From Bugula neritina (Eukaryota; Animalia; Bryozoa): DNA of 64,000 bases. How positions within the stretch are numbered: the stretch's first letter is position 1; every line of letters begins with the position of its first letter. Below the pieces are notes generated by a model. That model was not told where the DNA came from and made no database searches. It saw only the letters and a list, made by a program, of their open reading frames with translations. Of this stretch, positions 51,544 through 64,000 are shown piece by piece. Both the position numbers and the translations under genes were made by a program. The stretch covers positions 15,793,875 to 15,857,874 of the forward strand of contig OZ037768.1 in assembly GCA_964035545.1 (NCBI GenBank), given 5' to 3'.

Positions 51544-54500
51544 ATGGCTTGCGGCACTAATGCTATCAAAACCTGCCTCTGTATACTCAGCGTCTTCTTT
51601 TGGGTGAGTAAAGTTTACCTGCCATTTTGCCTAGCTCTCAGCAATCACTACCAGCTCTCTCAACTGATGAATTTATAGCGAAGTAACAATGCAGTGTAGG
51701 TCCCAGTCACTAAACTTGATAAAACTGCAGCATACTTTTTGCAATCATGGTGAAGATTTGAAAATAATTTTAGAAATAATCATGTAAGTTGCTGATAATA
51801 TAAGTTAAAGTAGCCGAAGACTAGCTTGTCTACAGTAAGGTTTAAGTTTGCCGAGACCCTTATGCTTGCTCGAGTGTAATCATATTTCCAATTCATCTAG
51901 TCTGTCGTATGCCTATATGTTTACTATATAGGGACACTTTATCTTGAAACAGAAGCCTCCCATTTCTCTTCTTAGGCAATGTCTCCCTTTAAGAGAGTAA
52001 GATTAAGCGTACTAAAGGGAATATACTAAAAACAAGTAGCTATATATAAACTTGAAAGTTTTATGCTCAGGCATTGTAGGAATAAGTAATGAATCAAGAC
52101 TTAATTTGAGTCATCCACCATAGATAGGCGACACCTGTTAGATGTACTTAAGACACAGAGGTGGCGTATGAGTTTAGAGTTTAAGTAGCCTATATTTGTT
52201 TCACAAAAGAGTGTCGCATGCTGAAAGTCAAAAAAAGTTATTGAAGTGCTTGCTTTCTCAATTATCGCTTAAACGGTTGGTATGCGTGTATTTTCATATC
52301 TATTGTTATGTAAATGCAGTTTTCTTGCTTTTGGCTATAGGTGTGTGCTGCTCGCTTATTTAAATGCTGCCAAAAAGTCAGCAATATCCAGTGGCTATAC
52401 AGATCTCCATATATCTTCCAAATCCTTCATATTCTTGAAAGTTACAGTTGTGGCCAATATGCTACTATGTAGAGATTAGAATGCTATTTTTTTTGTTTTT
52501 AGACTTGTGCTGTAACGCTGATTGTTATTGGCTCAATAATCCTCGCAGAATATGGAAACATATCAGAGCTGGCGCAATCAACTGAGATTTTGGCTCCGTC
52601 CATGATCCTCATTGGTGCTGGCGTATTCTTATTTATTGTTGGACTGCTGGGTTGTGCAGGCGCATTGAAGGGCAACAAGTTGGTATTAACTGTGGTAGGT
52701 TAAGGCCAAACATTACTCAGCATACCTAAAGTATATGTGTTGCAACAAGCATTTTCTCTATCTGAATTGTTTAATCACTCACTCTGCTATGTGATTATTG
52801 TAGTGATATGTATGTATACACAATACACTGCATAGCCGACATCCTATATGTTTTGTAGTTTTTCCTTCTCATGCTGGTTGTACTAGTTGGAGAAGTGGTG
52901 GCTGTGGCATTTGGATACTACTATAGAGAGCAGGTATGCTAATCCATTCACAATACATACTAAATGTCTAAGCATCACTGTACAATCACAGTTCTTTCTG
53001 GTCAGCCGTTCAGCAGAGGTTCATCTTGTTGCAGGTTGGAACAAAGTTGAACACTAAATTTCGTGAGATGATTAAAGACTGCAAGAATGATAGCAGTGAT
53101 GCCAGTTGTAGTGAAATTGATTTCATACAAAAAAAGGTAACTGGAAATACTGCTACTAGTAATACATTGTTTTGAGGAGGACGTTGTGTGCTATGCCAAC
53201 TTAACAAACGTGCCATACCAGTATGTTTCATTTGTATAAGCACTAATAGTTGTCTGATTGTACAACATTGCTATTAATTATGCTACTGATACCTTGTCTG
53301 AATATATTGTATATAGAATCATCTCGAAAACTTTTCCCTCCTTCTCTTTCCCTTTCTCCCCCCCCCTCTCTCCTTTCCTCTTTCTCTTCCTTTCTGCAAC
53401 ATCTAGGAAATATATGGTTGTGGTAGTGCTTCAAATGTTTATCACCACAGTACACTACATGCCAAAGGTGAATAAATAGTTTCTAATCAAGGATCAATAT
53501 TTTAGAGGTTTTAAGTAACACAATAAAGGGATAAAAAAATCTTCAATAAAAAGTGCTGAAGAAAAATTTGATATCTTCAATTTCAAATGTTCAAGTTTAA
53601 GTAAAGTTGAGTTTTCATTACTAAATATTTAAGTTCATTTCCGTTTTAAATTAGACCATACTTTGCATAGGTATTCAAATGACTGGCTAGCTAGCTAATT
53701 ATCTAGTTAGGCTGACTAATAGCAATCTAAATTAAGACTTGTTGATAAATACTGACAGGCTAGTTACTAATCAAAATCGTGCCAATTTCCGTAGTAAAGT
53801 TTTAATATAACTAATTTAAGGATGCTATGAAATATCAAAATAATTCCTAAATGTAGACAGTTTTGATAATGGTATCATCTGCTGAGAGCACACTGGTAGT
53901 ACAGCTGTTTTACTTTTCTACTGTATCAAACATTCCCAACCCACCTCCTTGTCATACTAACATGTTTTCATTTAGATAGCGAGGTCTGCTTAACCAACTT
54001 TTTTACAATCCAAAATGGTGGTTTTTATGCTTTTTCACTAAAGAATTGTGAACTAATATTCAATTTTAAAGTGAAATACACTATTATCTCTATTTATGGG
54101 TGTTGTAATTGTTAGCTGATTATCTCAGCTATTGTCTGCAACTGTGGATTGTAAAGTTACTTTGCTTTTTGTAAATCACTAGCTAATAAAATTCTAGTTC
54201 CATTTTTATGCTGCACTGCTGAATGAGCGCAACTTTCAGAATGTGCATAGTGATGATCTTTCAATGGCCACTAGTACATGCTGATTAAGTAGCATATTTC
54301 CTAGCTACTCATATGCTAAGGGCTAATGGTGACAATACATTTAGTTGCTAGTCTGGTCTGTAGTTTGAATGCTGTGGGGCTGATACCTATGAAGATTGGT
54401 TTATGTCTACTGAGAACTATTCCATCCCACAATCCTGCTGTCGGGAGAACAACTGCACCACACCAGAAAGGGGCACAAATGAGACAATTGCTGATGAAGT

Positions 54501-55028
54501 TATTTTCACGCGTGGTTGCTCAGCAAAGGCCATAGATCTCATAGAAGACTACTTTACCTGGATATTTGTTGCCACCATTATTGTTGTCATACTACAGGTA
54601 ATGGTTTCCAGAACTGCATGTGGAGTTACTTTTTTGCTGATAAAAGTATATTTCGTAAATATGATCACTTGATTTTGTAGAAAAACACAATCAAAAGTAT
54701 TAAAAATTTTTTAAAACATGTTATTGGTGTTTCAGCCCCCATTTCTACTACTGTTGCAATATATTGTAATACACAGCTATATTCCTTATGAAAATAAGCA
54801 GCTTTGTTTATTGTTATGAGCAATTCACTTACAGTGATATCTAGTTGTAAGTAATTTAATTTTTCAATATAATTATGTTACTGGTTAATATACTACTATA
54901 TTTATATTTCATCTTTTAAAATGTTGCTTTCATTGCAGGTGTTGGGGTTAATTGGAACTTGTGTGATGCTTTGTCGCTCCCGGGAGACCCCCTATTCCAA
55001 TTTGGACAGTCAAGGATACAGGGTGTAA
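51544..55028 (+). CDS. TSPAN3: Tetraspanin, TSPAN3-like, 250 aa (exons 51544-51603, 52503-52694, 52859-52933, 53035-53136, 54364-54597, 54939-55028)
   Basis: Four TM segments, CCG, PQSCC and GC motifs; C-terminus MLCRSRETPYSNL resembles TSPAN3. All exons are phase 0. Confidence 0.85.
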
Positions 55029-56568
55029 CATTTGGGAAAAGTCAACTGTTTTAATTCCATCAGTTTAAAGGAGCATTTTGTGCTTTGTGCGCCATTTTTG
55101 CTGCTTTATGTGTAAACTTAGCATGCATTCTGACCTTTTCAATCCCCACCCCCTCCCCTTTTTCCACCCAACAATTCTTGTGTTGTGCATTCATCATTTT
55201 ACATTTATGTAGATGGTACACTAGTAATATGCTATTTTTAGAGTGAAAACGCTAGTTATTAATGTAGATGGTGTAATAAATGATAATGACTATTACACTA
55301 TCTGCAGCATTATAACACTATAACCTCCAGTTTCAACATTTTGTTAATTAATATAAACTGTCTGCTAGTATTTTCTTAATAAACTGTAAAGGATTAAAAT
55401 GAACTTACAGACATTTTCTTTGCATGTTGTAGCAAATAAAATAGATTTGCATTGGTTCATTGAAATATAGTGACTGCTGCACTACAATCTTGATAGAAAA
55501 TTATTTTTTATTATAATGATTAGGCATTTCACACATGTATATGTGAAGCAATAAGTAAAACATCCCAGTAGCAAACACAAAGCCAGCACTGCTCACAACA
55601 CCACCCATAATTACAATCTGCTCAACCAGTAAGATTTGTAGTTCTCTACATAAATACTGCCTATAAAAATAATGCTGGCCCCAAACACTCGGCAGCTTCA
55701 AGTCGCTAAGCATTATGCAAGGCTCATGACTCGAGTTACTTGTTTCTTGAGCTCTCTGGCTTGAGTTTACACACTTTTATATATATTCTTTGACAGAAAC
55801 ATAAATTTCTTCCAGTACTTTGTTGTTCGCTGATCCTAATACCAATGCTGTTCACAGAATTAGAGCAACTAATTTTATGATAATTCTTGACAAATAAAAA
55901 TTTTAGGCATTGACTTATTAAAATAAAAAATGGTTATAGAAATTAACCAGAGTTAATGAACGGAAGACTTAAGTTCATTCTAAAATGTTACTCATATTTA
56001 AGCGATACTGTTTTTGGAAGCAAAATACATGAGCTATGAGAACAGAAACCCTTACAAAATGTTCATGATTCAATAACAGAGTTCATACCTTATACAAATT
56101 TTGAAGAATAACTTCCTAATTCGCTTAAAATAATAATTATAGTTCAATCGTGGCAATAAAAAATTAGGATATTTTTTTAAAGAGATTCTCTCCTAATGTA
56201 CAGTAAAATATGAATTTAGCAGAGATGAGTGCAACAGATATATAGACTGGAAAACCAACTATGGAAGACAAGATATAAATGCAAGGTATGGAAGACAAAA
56301 TATAAATACAAAACTTGGAAAAATATTAAGAGTATTAAAATTAGGAAGACCTGGAATATAAATAAACTAAGAAAATATAGAAGACAACCAAAATATAGAA
56401 CATTAGCAACGCAATGCTACTAATGAATAAATATAAAAACTAATTGCTTGTTTTGATAATTTTAAAAGTTAGAAAATATTGTAAAGAGTTTGTGGGTTAT
56501 AAGCAAAAATGAAAAAAGACTATAATGAAAGAAAATATCTTGAAGAGTCCGTCTCAACCATGCAGCAG

Positions 56569-59500
56569 TTAGACTACTACCACCATCTTTTTAATGTGGC
56601 TTATTTCTTTACGTAACTGCTCCTCGCTCAGAGTAAGTTTGCCTTCAAGCAGCCCTTTACTATCAGTTATGCTCTCATGTACAGTAGCAAAACCTTGTCT
56701 ACACTCCCTTTTCAGTTTGTCGAGCTTTTCGGTCTGTTGCTTAAAAGCGGATTCAACCATGGCAGCCATCTTTTGCTCAAAACTCTAAAAAGTTATTTAC
56801 ATTGACATCAATAAACTGCACCTTGTAATTTGTATATACCAGGCATCAGAAGGTAAGCCTTATAGTAGAAAAAGGCAAATTATTTACAGTATATAACATA
56901 CATTGAGCAGTCATACAGTGCTGTTAGAATAGTGCTGGTGTGGAAAACAAATCATACATATATTGTTCACGCAGACTCCAAGACACGCATGCATGAAAGA
57001 TTGGTTTAAGAGACAACAACAAATTTACCTGCTGTTTCTTCAGGTCATCCTTACTAGTAGACAGTGCTCTCAACTGAGCTAGTTCCTTTTTTATGTCATC
57101 TGCCAAACTTGCAATCTGCTTTTCAACTTTAACCTGAACAAGTCACCAGATACCATAATTACTAATAATCAGCTTTCAAATTGACATAAATGTATAATTG
57201 TAAAAAAGTGTAGCTTCTGCAACCAAAGTTTTGTCAACACAGTGTAATAAAATCATATAACATACACAACTACACACTTCTAAACACGATCTCATTGTGA
57301 TATAGTTTACTTTGCAAAGTCTGCATATTGCACCACATAATCTACAATTAGAATTACACAACTGCTCAAGTACTTGATATCCTTTGCGTTAGAAAGTAAA
57401 TTGAGAATATTGCTATAAAAATGGTACAACACCAAATGTGATAAAATTGTAATCTCAGTTATCATGGTTTAGGACTTAGGTGATGTCTAATGAAGTGAAA
57501 TAGCAACCAATGAAATAACATTTATAAAGTAAAGTATTGCAGCAGCGGAAACCCTTCGTGTATAAAGTTCTATTACAACTATTTCACTACCCGTAACCAC
57601 ATATTGGTGATTAGTTGAAATGGATTTTTCCATTTCAGTATGGCATTAGAGAATAAGCATTAGTTACAGAGCTAAATTAATTGAGTCTGAATAATCCTTG
57701 TACCATTTTGTCTTTTGTAAAACTCTCTTGTTTTTGTAGTTGAACTGTAACCTGGCCTATGGATTTTTCTCTCTCTGCATCAACAACCTGCTTCTGATTA
57801 GTTAACTGTAACTTTAACTCATCTATGGCACTTCTGAAACAATTTAATAACAGCTAAAATATAAAAGAACGCATATTATAGAGTGTTATCCAAATTCGCT
57901 TAAAAATAAAACAATGTGTATTGTGAAATTATATAATGCATCAATTGAAAAAATATTATTTTAAAATTTCTTTTGGAATTACAGTTAAATTATCATGCAA
58001 ATTATAGGCAGGAATGTTGAAAGATAGCAGAATTGCTTTAAGAAAAAGATAAGCAATGTCTTTAAAATCTGTGCATAGTTACAACGAAGTGTTTGGTAAA
58101 CACCATGCTTTACTTATTTGTCACTTACTTTAATTTAGTTTCCATTACAGCCACATTTTTTGCTAAATCCCCTTCTTTAGATTGTGAACGCAGCAAGGAC
58201 TCTGTACTGCTCTTCTCTACCTTCTGAGATGTTTCTGCAAACTACCAAAACATACAAATAGATAACATAATACCCATAATGAAATACACACATGTCTTGC
58301 ATATAAATATGATACAAAATGGGTAATGTAATGTGGAGCAAGAATAGTGTAATGGCTAAAGATCTAGGTAGGCCATGGGGTGACAGCTAGCAGTGATGTT
58401 GGAAAGGGCATCTGGCCATAATTGCTCTCGTTTTGCTTAAACACAGCTTTTACCACCAGACATTTTTATAGGAATGGAGAAATTAAAAAAAAATTATAGA
58501 CAAAGTGCCTGCTTTATATAGCAATACCATAATACAAAAAATACAATAAATAAAAAAAGTAATTATATACCTTAGTGGTATAAAACATGCCAAAAGACTA
58601 TAAAACTATTATAACTATTTTAACACTTATTTTAGAATATACTATGCAAAAATAAGGAAATTAAAAAGCTCATCATTATAAACAGAAATAATGCAATCAA
58701 ATGTCACACGTACCCTCCTATAACATGGAACTTGTTTCACTGATGCACATGTCTTTATGCAAAGTTGATTGCTCAAGTAAATCTTAAACTTTTAAATGAC
58801 AATATATTATTAAAAAATTTGAATTTAGATGTAGAAAACTAGCCTTAGGTAACAGTAAATTTTTAAATACTCTGCTGAAATAATTTTATAATCACCCCAG
58901 AATATTTTAATAATTTTTCATTATTATCTAGGAAACATTATTAAAATGATTTTCTATAATTTAAAATACCTTAATTTCAAAAGCTTGTATTTTGTCTAAA
59001 AGTTTCTGAAAAGAATCTTGGTGTTTGCTATTGAGCTGTTTGACGGCATCTTGAACCTGCAGTTGTTCAGTAGACAATTTAGAAATAGACGCATCACATC
59101 GGGCAATTCGGCCTCTGATATCAGTGATGGTTGTAGCTTGCTGAAGTTCTAGAGATTTAATAGCATTGCCACTGCTGGCAATATACGAATCTTTGATCCT
59201 GATTTGATCTTCAAGTATCTGAAGAGAAACTACTGAAAATTACATCTTACTACGAATTTCAACTGGTAAAAAGCTTAGTTAACTATCACTAGGTCTAGTA
59301 AACCTGAATTCCAAAGTATATAATCTAAAGAAATGTTGTAACAAATATTTTTCAACATATAAAAGCCAGCAGCTAATCAATCATCATACAATAACATGAA
59401 GGCGATTTCCAAGTAACAATCAACTAGTTGGTTAACAATTTTAGCTTGTATACAAAAGAGTATGGCAAGCTAGCCAAAAATATTGTCACAAGGTATAAAG

Positions 59501-60549
59501 AAACTGTGTTATACAAGAATTACTTTACCTTGATATCTCTATCTAGCTTGTGCACAACCTCAGATATGGATCGAATGTGGTCTTGGAGCAACTCTCTTTG
59601 CTTCTTCTCTCCTTGCCAAGTACTGTGGGTTATATTTAGATTTTCAATCACATCTTCTTTAATCTTCATTGCCCTATCTGTTATCACACAACAAAATATT
59701 ATATAACATGATTTTAAACTAAACCAAAGAAAAACTTAACTATCCACCATGGGCCACATGCAGCCTATGTCGTTCTACTAGTGTAGCTATACTCAAATAA
59801 AATAAGCAATTATATGTAAATAAAATGTCACCTGGATATTTTAGACAAGTCCCATTTTGATATTAAGTAGGCTTAGTTAACTGATTTGCCAATCTTGAAC
59901 AAACATTTAACTTTGTTAGAACATGTTTGATTTAACTGTGCGCAGGGATCATGCCCACATTTGAAGCAGTGAAACAAAGTTATGAAATGTTTAACAGCTT
60001 TAATCTTAATTAGGATTCATCATTGATAATTCAATCTGCTAAGATCATAGAATAGAACTATCAAAAATTAATATTCTAAAATATTAGGCCACTAATTACA
60101 TAATAATTATATTGAGTTATTCCAAATCTATGCTTTTCAATTTACTTTACATAGCAAAGGCTTTCACTAAAATATAATATCTTATAATACGAGTCGCATC
60201 TCTCCTTATACCTGCTAAGAGAATAGATTATGGGTATACCTAAAAGATCTTGTGCTGCCTTCTCCTGGCTAGACAGCCTATCCTCCAAAGATGAGAATCT
60301 GTGCATGCTTGCGCTGCCATTTGCATGTCGTCGAGGAGATGGTGGTACAGGAACCAGTTTAGTTGGTGCATCCATCTTATAACTCGGACCCCTAAACCCC
60401 CCACTCCCGCCGTAGCTGTCGTGGTATGTTGATTTTAACTCTGTTCGGTAGTCTTCTCCAATTATAGACTCTTTTGATTTAAGAGGCAATAAATTAGAAG
60501 TTCTGTTTTTAGAGTTTACATGGTGCACATAAGGCTGGGGCAGTGCCAT
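56569..60549 (-). CDS. FAM81A: FAM81-family coiled-coil protein (7 coding exons near 60549-60240, 59677-59529, 59219-58970, 58241-58129, 57833-57704, 57132-57029, 56784-56569)
   Basis: LEDRL..QEK..., A.KIKEDVI, LLQDHIRSISEVVHKLDRDIKILEDQIR.KD, DIRGRIARCDASISKLS match FAM81A/B. Paralog assignment is uncertain. Confidence 0.85.
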
Positions 60550-62635
60550 GGATAGCTCCCTACAACAGTGGGTAGTCATTACTTGACATAACTCTAAAGC
60601 GCCAATCAAATTCTAATCTAACTCTAAAGTAGGTATTAGAATAACTAAGCTAAACTCAAGAAACACAGAAATAAAAACTACCACAATTTAAAGTCCACTT
60701 TTTCGATATAATATATAGTGCAATTTACAGCTTCCAATTAAAACAACTACTCTATATACATTGCATCATAAAGGATACAAGTCCAGCTGCTTAATAATAA
60801 AATTTCATTATTCAAATAAGTTTGAATCAATAACGTACGATTTACTATAAGTATTATGAATCTTACAACTGTTAGATTAAACTGCTTGTATTACAGCATT
60901 ATTGTAGTACTACAGATATATTTCTAAGATTAGTATAAAATAGTAATTGTTGCTTAAAAAATTTCAACTTGATAAGAAATATCTAACGTCAAAAAAATAT
61001 TAAATCCAGTTGAAAATATTAACAGATTAAGATTATTCATAAGCTGGTTCTATATTACAATGTTTATAAGTTTATCTGAAACATCAATATGAAGCTAGTT
61101 TACATGCATACAGCCTTTAATGCAGAGTAACCTCTATATACTGTGTTAAACCCTGGCAGCTATTTTAAAATAATGTTGTATTTTTATTTAACTTACAGAT
61201 CTACACTCACAGTTGCTGGCATTTGCTTGTGCTGATACAAATCAAATGATGTATTGATACAGTCTAAATGACAGCAAAACCTTTGACATGTTTTATTAAT
61301 TGAATACATTAACTTATTCATAGAAACTTGTAAATTTCATCTAATAGTTTTGTTTATACAAACTTTCTAATAAAACTCTAAGATAATATCTAAGGAACAT
61401 TATTAAAAACCAATAGCAAGCTTATCAGTGGTTAAATTGACATACTAATATTAAAATAAAGATATTACCTATAATATTAGGGTGTAGCATGTGAGCACAG
61501 TGCAAACTGGAGATCAATACTAATTGTTCTCTATAAAAGCCATGTATATTTAGAGTGTTTCCAGTGTATTGATTGCTTTCTAATAATTAAAATTCATATA
61601 TTTTCTATAGCAATTTTATGAAATTTCCTACATGCAAGATTTGAGTGTCACAGAATATTTTTAATCCAGAGCCTTGTTTCTGATATGCTCGGTTAAATTG
61701 TTGCAACTATAAGTAAGGTGTCAGCACTGCTTTAATTTTATATTTTTTCTGAATTGCTAGAGATGCAGCACAATTACAGTGTTGTTATATATGCTTTTTA
61801 TTAGTGCTAAACTATCAAAATTTAATGAGAAGATTTTGTAATTCAATGGCTGTTAAACTAGTGGTATTTTCAGTAACAATATTTTTGGTCAAGCTTTGAT
61901 GGTACTTCGTATCAATTTTAGTGCTAAAAATAGAATCAAAGTAGTAGACAATAAACTTCAGATCTCAATCTAAATGATTTTATGCCAGTTTATTTTTAGG
62001 ACTGTAATATTAGCAATTAGGGTTTAGATAATTTGTTAAATCATAAGTAATTGTTAATGTTTTCATGAAAATTCCAGCAATATCAATGCTGTTTGGGAGA
62101 TTCTATTGGTATTATAATACAGTGGCAATTAACTAAAATGTATGTAATTATTCTTAATTTCATCAGTATTCATTGAATATAGCAATCAGTAAATTTCAGA
62201 GTAGTCAGGCTTGAGAATAATATATTTTTAATTTTAGCTGCTTATAAATGTACAAAGCTACCCCCCCCCCCTCAATATATATTTCTATTAAACATGTGTG
62301 CTATTTTTGATAGAAATCGCATATTATGTTCATAATTCAAATAAACTTATTAAGTTACTGATTTGCTTCTTAAAATTATTGTACATTTTTTGAACAAAAC
62401 TTATAACTGTAATAAGATTAGCCTTTGACTTGCCGTGATTTTGATTCATGTAATGCTACCAGAAAAATCACGCTAAATGTTGGCTGTAGCAGAGTCAAAA
62501 TTGAACACAAAAAATAATGTAGAAAATATTTGAAGATCAGTTCTCAGGCCAGACTATGATACTGACCTAGCACAATTTTCTATTAGTTGACATTCTAAGC
62601 AAATTAAGTTTTCAAATACTTTGTCAGCAAGATTA

Positions 62636-62785
62636 TGTGTATGAGTGTGTGTGAGTGTGTATGAGGGTGTGTGCATGTGTATGAGTGTGTGTGAGTGTGT
62701 GTGAGCGTGTGTGAGCGTGCGTGCGTGCGCGTGTGTTTGAGTTTTTTGTCTTTGTGTGCATGCATGTGTGTGTGGTGGGTGTGTG
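62636..62785. repeat. Degenerate (TG)n microsatellite
   Basis: Direct observation. Confidence 0.85.
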
Positions 62786-63366
62786 TACAAAATATAAATA
62801 CAGATTTATATTTTTATAAATGTGTTCTGATGTAACCTGCTTACTTGAACTATGTGTAAAAATACAAAGCTTACAAGCTTCAGCTTCTTCAATGCCAATA
62901 AACTTTTTATATAGTATTAAAAAGGTTTTATTATCACTATCTTCTTTCATTATAAGTTTGTACTAATAACGTTCATCAGAACTTGACCGATATTGTGCAG
63001 ATAATTCCTGTGGATTTGAGAGTTTTGAATGCATTTCTTCATTCTGGTGTAGGTATGAGAGAGGAAACAAGCAGAAAGGTATATATTATAACCATTACCT
63101 AATAAAGTCAGGATCTTTGAAAATTTGATAATAGCAAGTTACTCTCTATTACACAACTCGTGCATAGCAAAGCCTAGTCTGCTAAAATTCCTATGCATAA
63201 GTTTAATGCTTAGAAGAAACTGATGCAACTGGACAAGTTTTGAAAATTTAATTCGACGCGAGAATTTCACTATTTTACTTCTACCTGTAATTGTATAAAT
63301 TGTAGAATAGTAAAGCTACTTTATTATTTATTTAGGTTTGTAAACAAGTGATCATAGAAGCAAGGC

Positions 63367-64000
63367 TGTAGTAATTTGTGCAATTACTGAGCGTGAGTTA
63401 TTTACTTGCGTATAGTTAGCTGGTTATTCTGTTATCAATTACTAGGGTAGCTGTCGAGTAATTATATTTATTATCCACAATAAAGCATAAACCAAACATC
63501 ACATCAAATTATCCTATACAAGAGTCAACTACTAACACATGTTACTACTACAAGCCTCCGCTTACAACAACGTGATATAATGTTAATAACCCGGGAAGTG
63601 TCACGTGAATCGGAAGCATATCTTCCGGAGCTGCTAATTGGTTGCTACATAAGAGTCTAAGTATTCCAAGAGTAGGGAGAGGGCGATTCCCGTGTTTGTA
63701 CTTTGCACTACTCACTACACCGTCCCCCCCAGCAGAAAGCCCTACTTTCTGATAACACAATAAAAAAAACACATAATGAAAAACTATACAATAATCCAAA
63801 AAGAAAAACATACATAAGTAAACCCACAAAGAGTAAGAAAAGAAATAGTTAAACACGACAACATGTACATTAGAAGACAACAGGGTGATCGATCACACAC
63901 ATCTAGTCAGCTATTAAGAGAGAGGGTGCTTACCAGCACGCGGGCCAATGTCGGAGCGCTCGTCACATTCCAAACGAGTATCGCTCAACGAAGGTGCCTA
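63367..64000 (-). mobile_element. 3' end of an LTR retrotransposon: 3' LTR 63367-63719, PPT 63720-63730, internal region running out of the window
   Basis: Minus strand GGGGGGGACGG then TGTAGT...ACTACA perfect 6-bp terminal inverted repeat. Same pre-PPT motif as 361-391. Confidence 0.8.

Noticed and set aside
62554-62950. His/Thr-rich ORFs (also 25048-25393)
   Set aside because: Translations of dinucleotide microsatellites.

Overview
AT-rich, intron-containing animal (invertebrate-like) nuclear DNA; the species cannot be fixed from sequence alone. Host genes reconstructed by hand from GT-AG exons: TMEM263-like (+), two tandem Ly6/three-finger genes (-), BMI1/PCGF-like (-), mitochondrial ATP synthase alpha ATP5F1A (-), TSPAN3-like tetraspanin (+) and FAM81-like (-). 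Mobile DNA: a near-complete Gypsy LTR retrotransposon (-, about 699-7925) abutted by the 3' end of a second LTR element (1-698), a third LTR element end at 63367-64000, an apparently intact autonomous PIF/Harbinger transposon inside a TMEM263 intron, a pogo-like remnant, a MITE, RTE and other LINE remnants, a Gypsy pol fragment and SINE copies. The strongest candidate for an undescribed system is in the Gypsy element. Downstream of pol it carries a separate intron-containing accessory gene (acidic N-terminus, C2H2 and C2HC zinc fingers, a PLRVVVTR motif, coiled-coil tail). Its upstream region shares an exact 14-bp motif with the element's own LTR, a layout resembling the foamy-virus internal-promoter/transactivator module. 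Other highlights: a 35-bp minisatellite that multiplies a BMI1 5' splice site, a Ly6 paralog that appears to have lost its GPI tail, and an Arg-to-Ile change at a normally conserved nucleotide-site residue of ATP5F1A.
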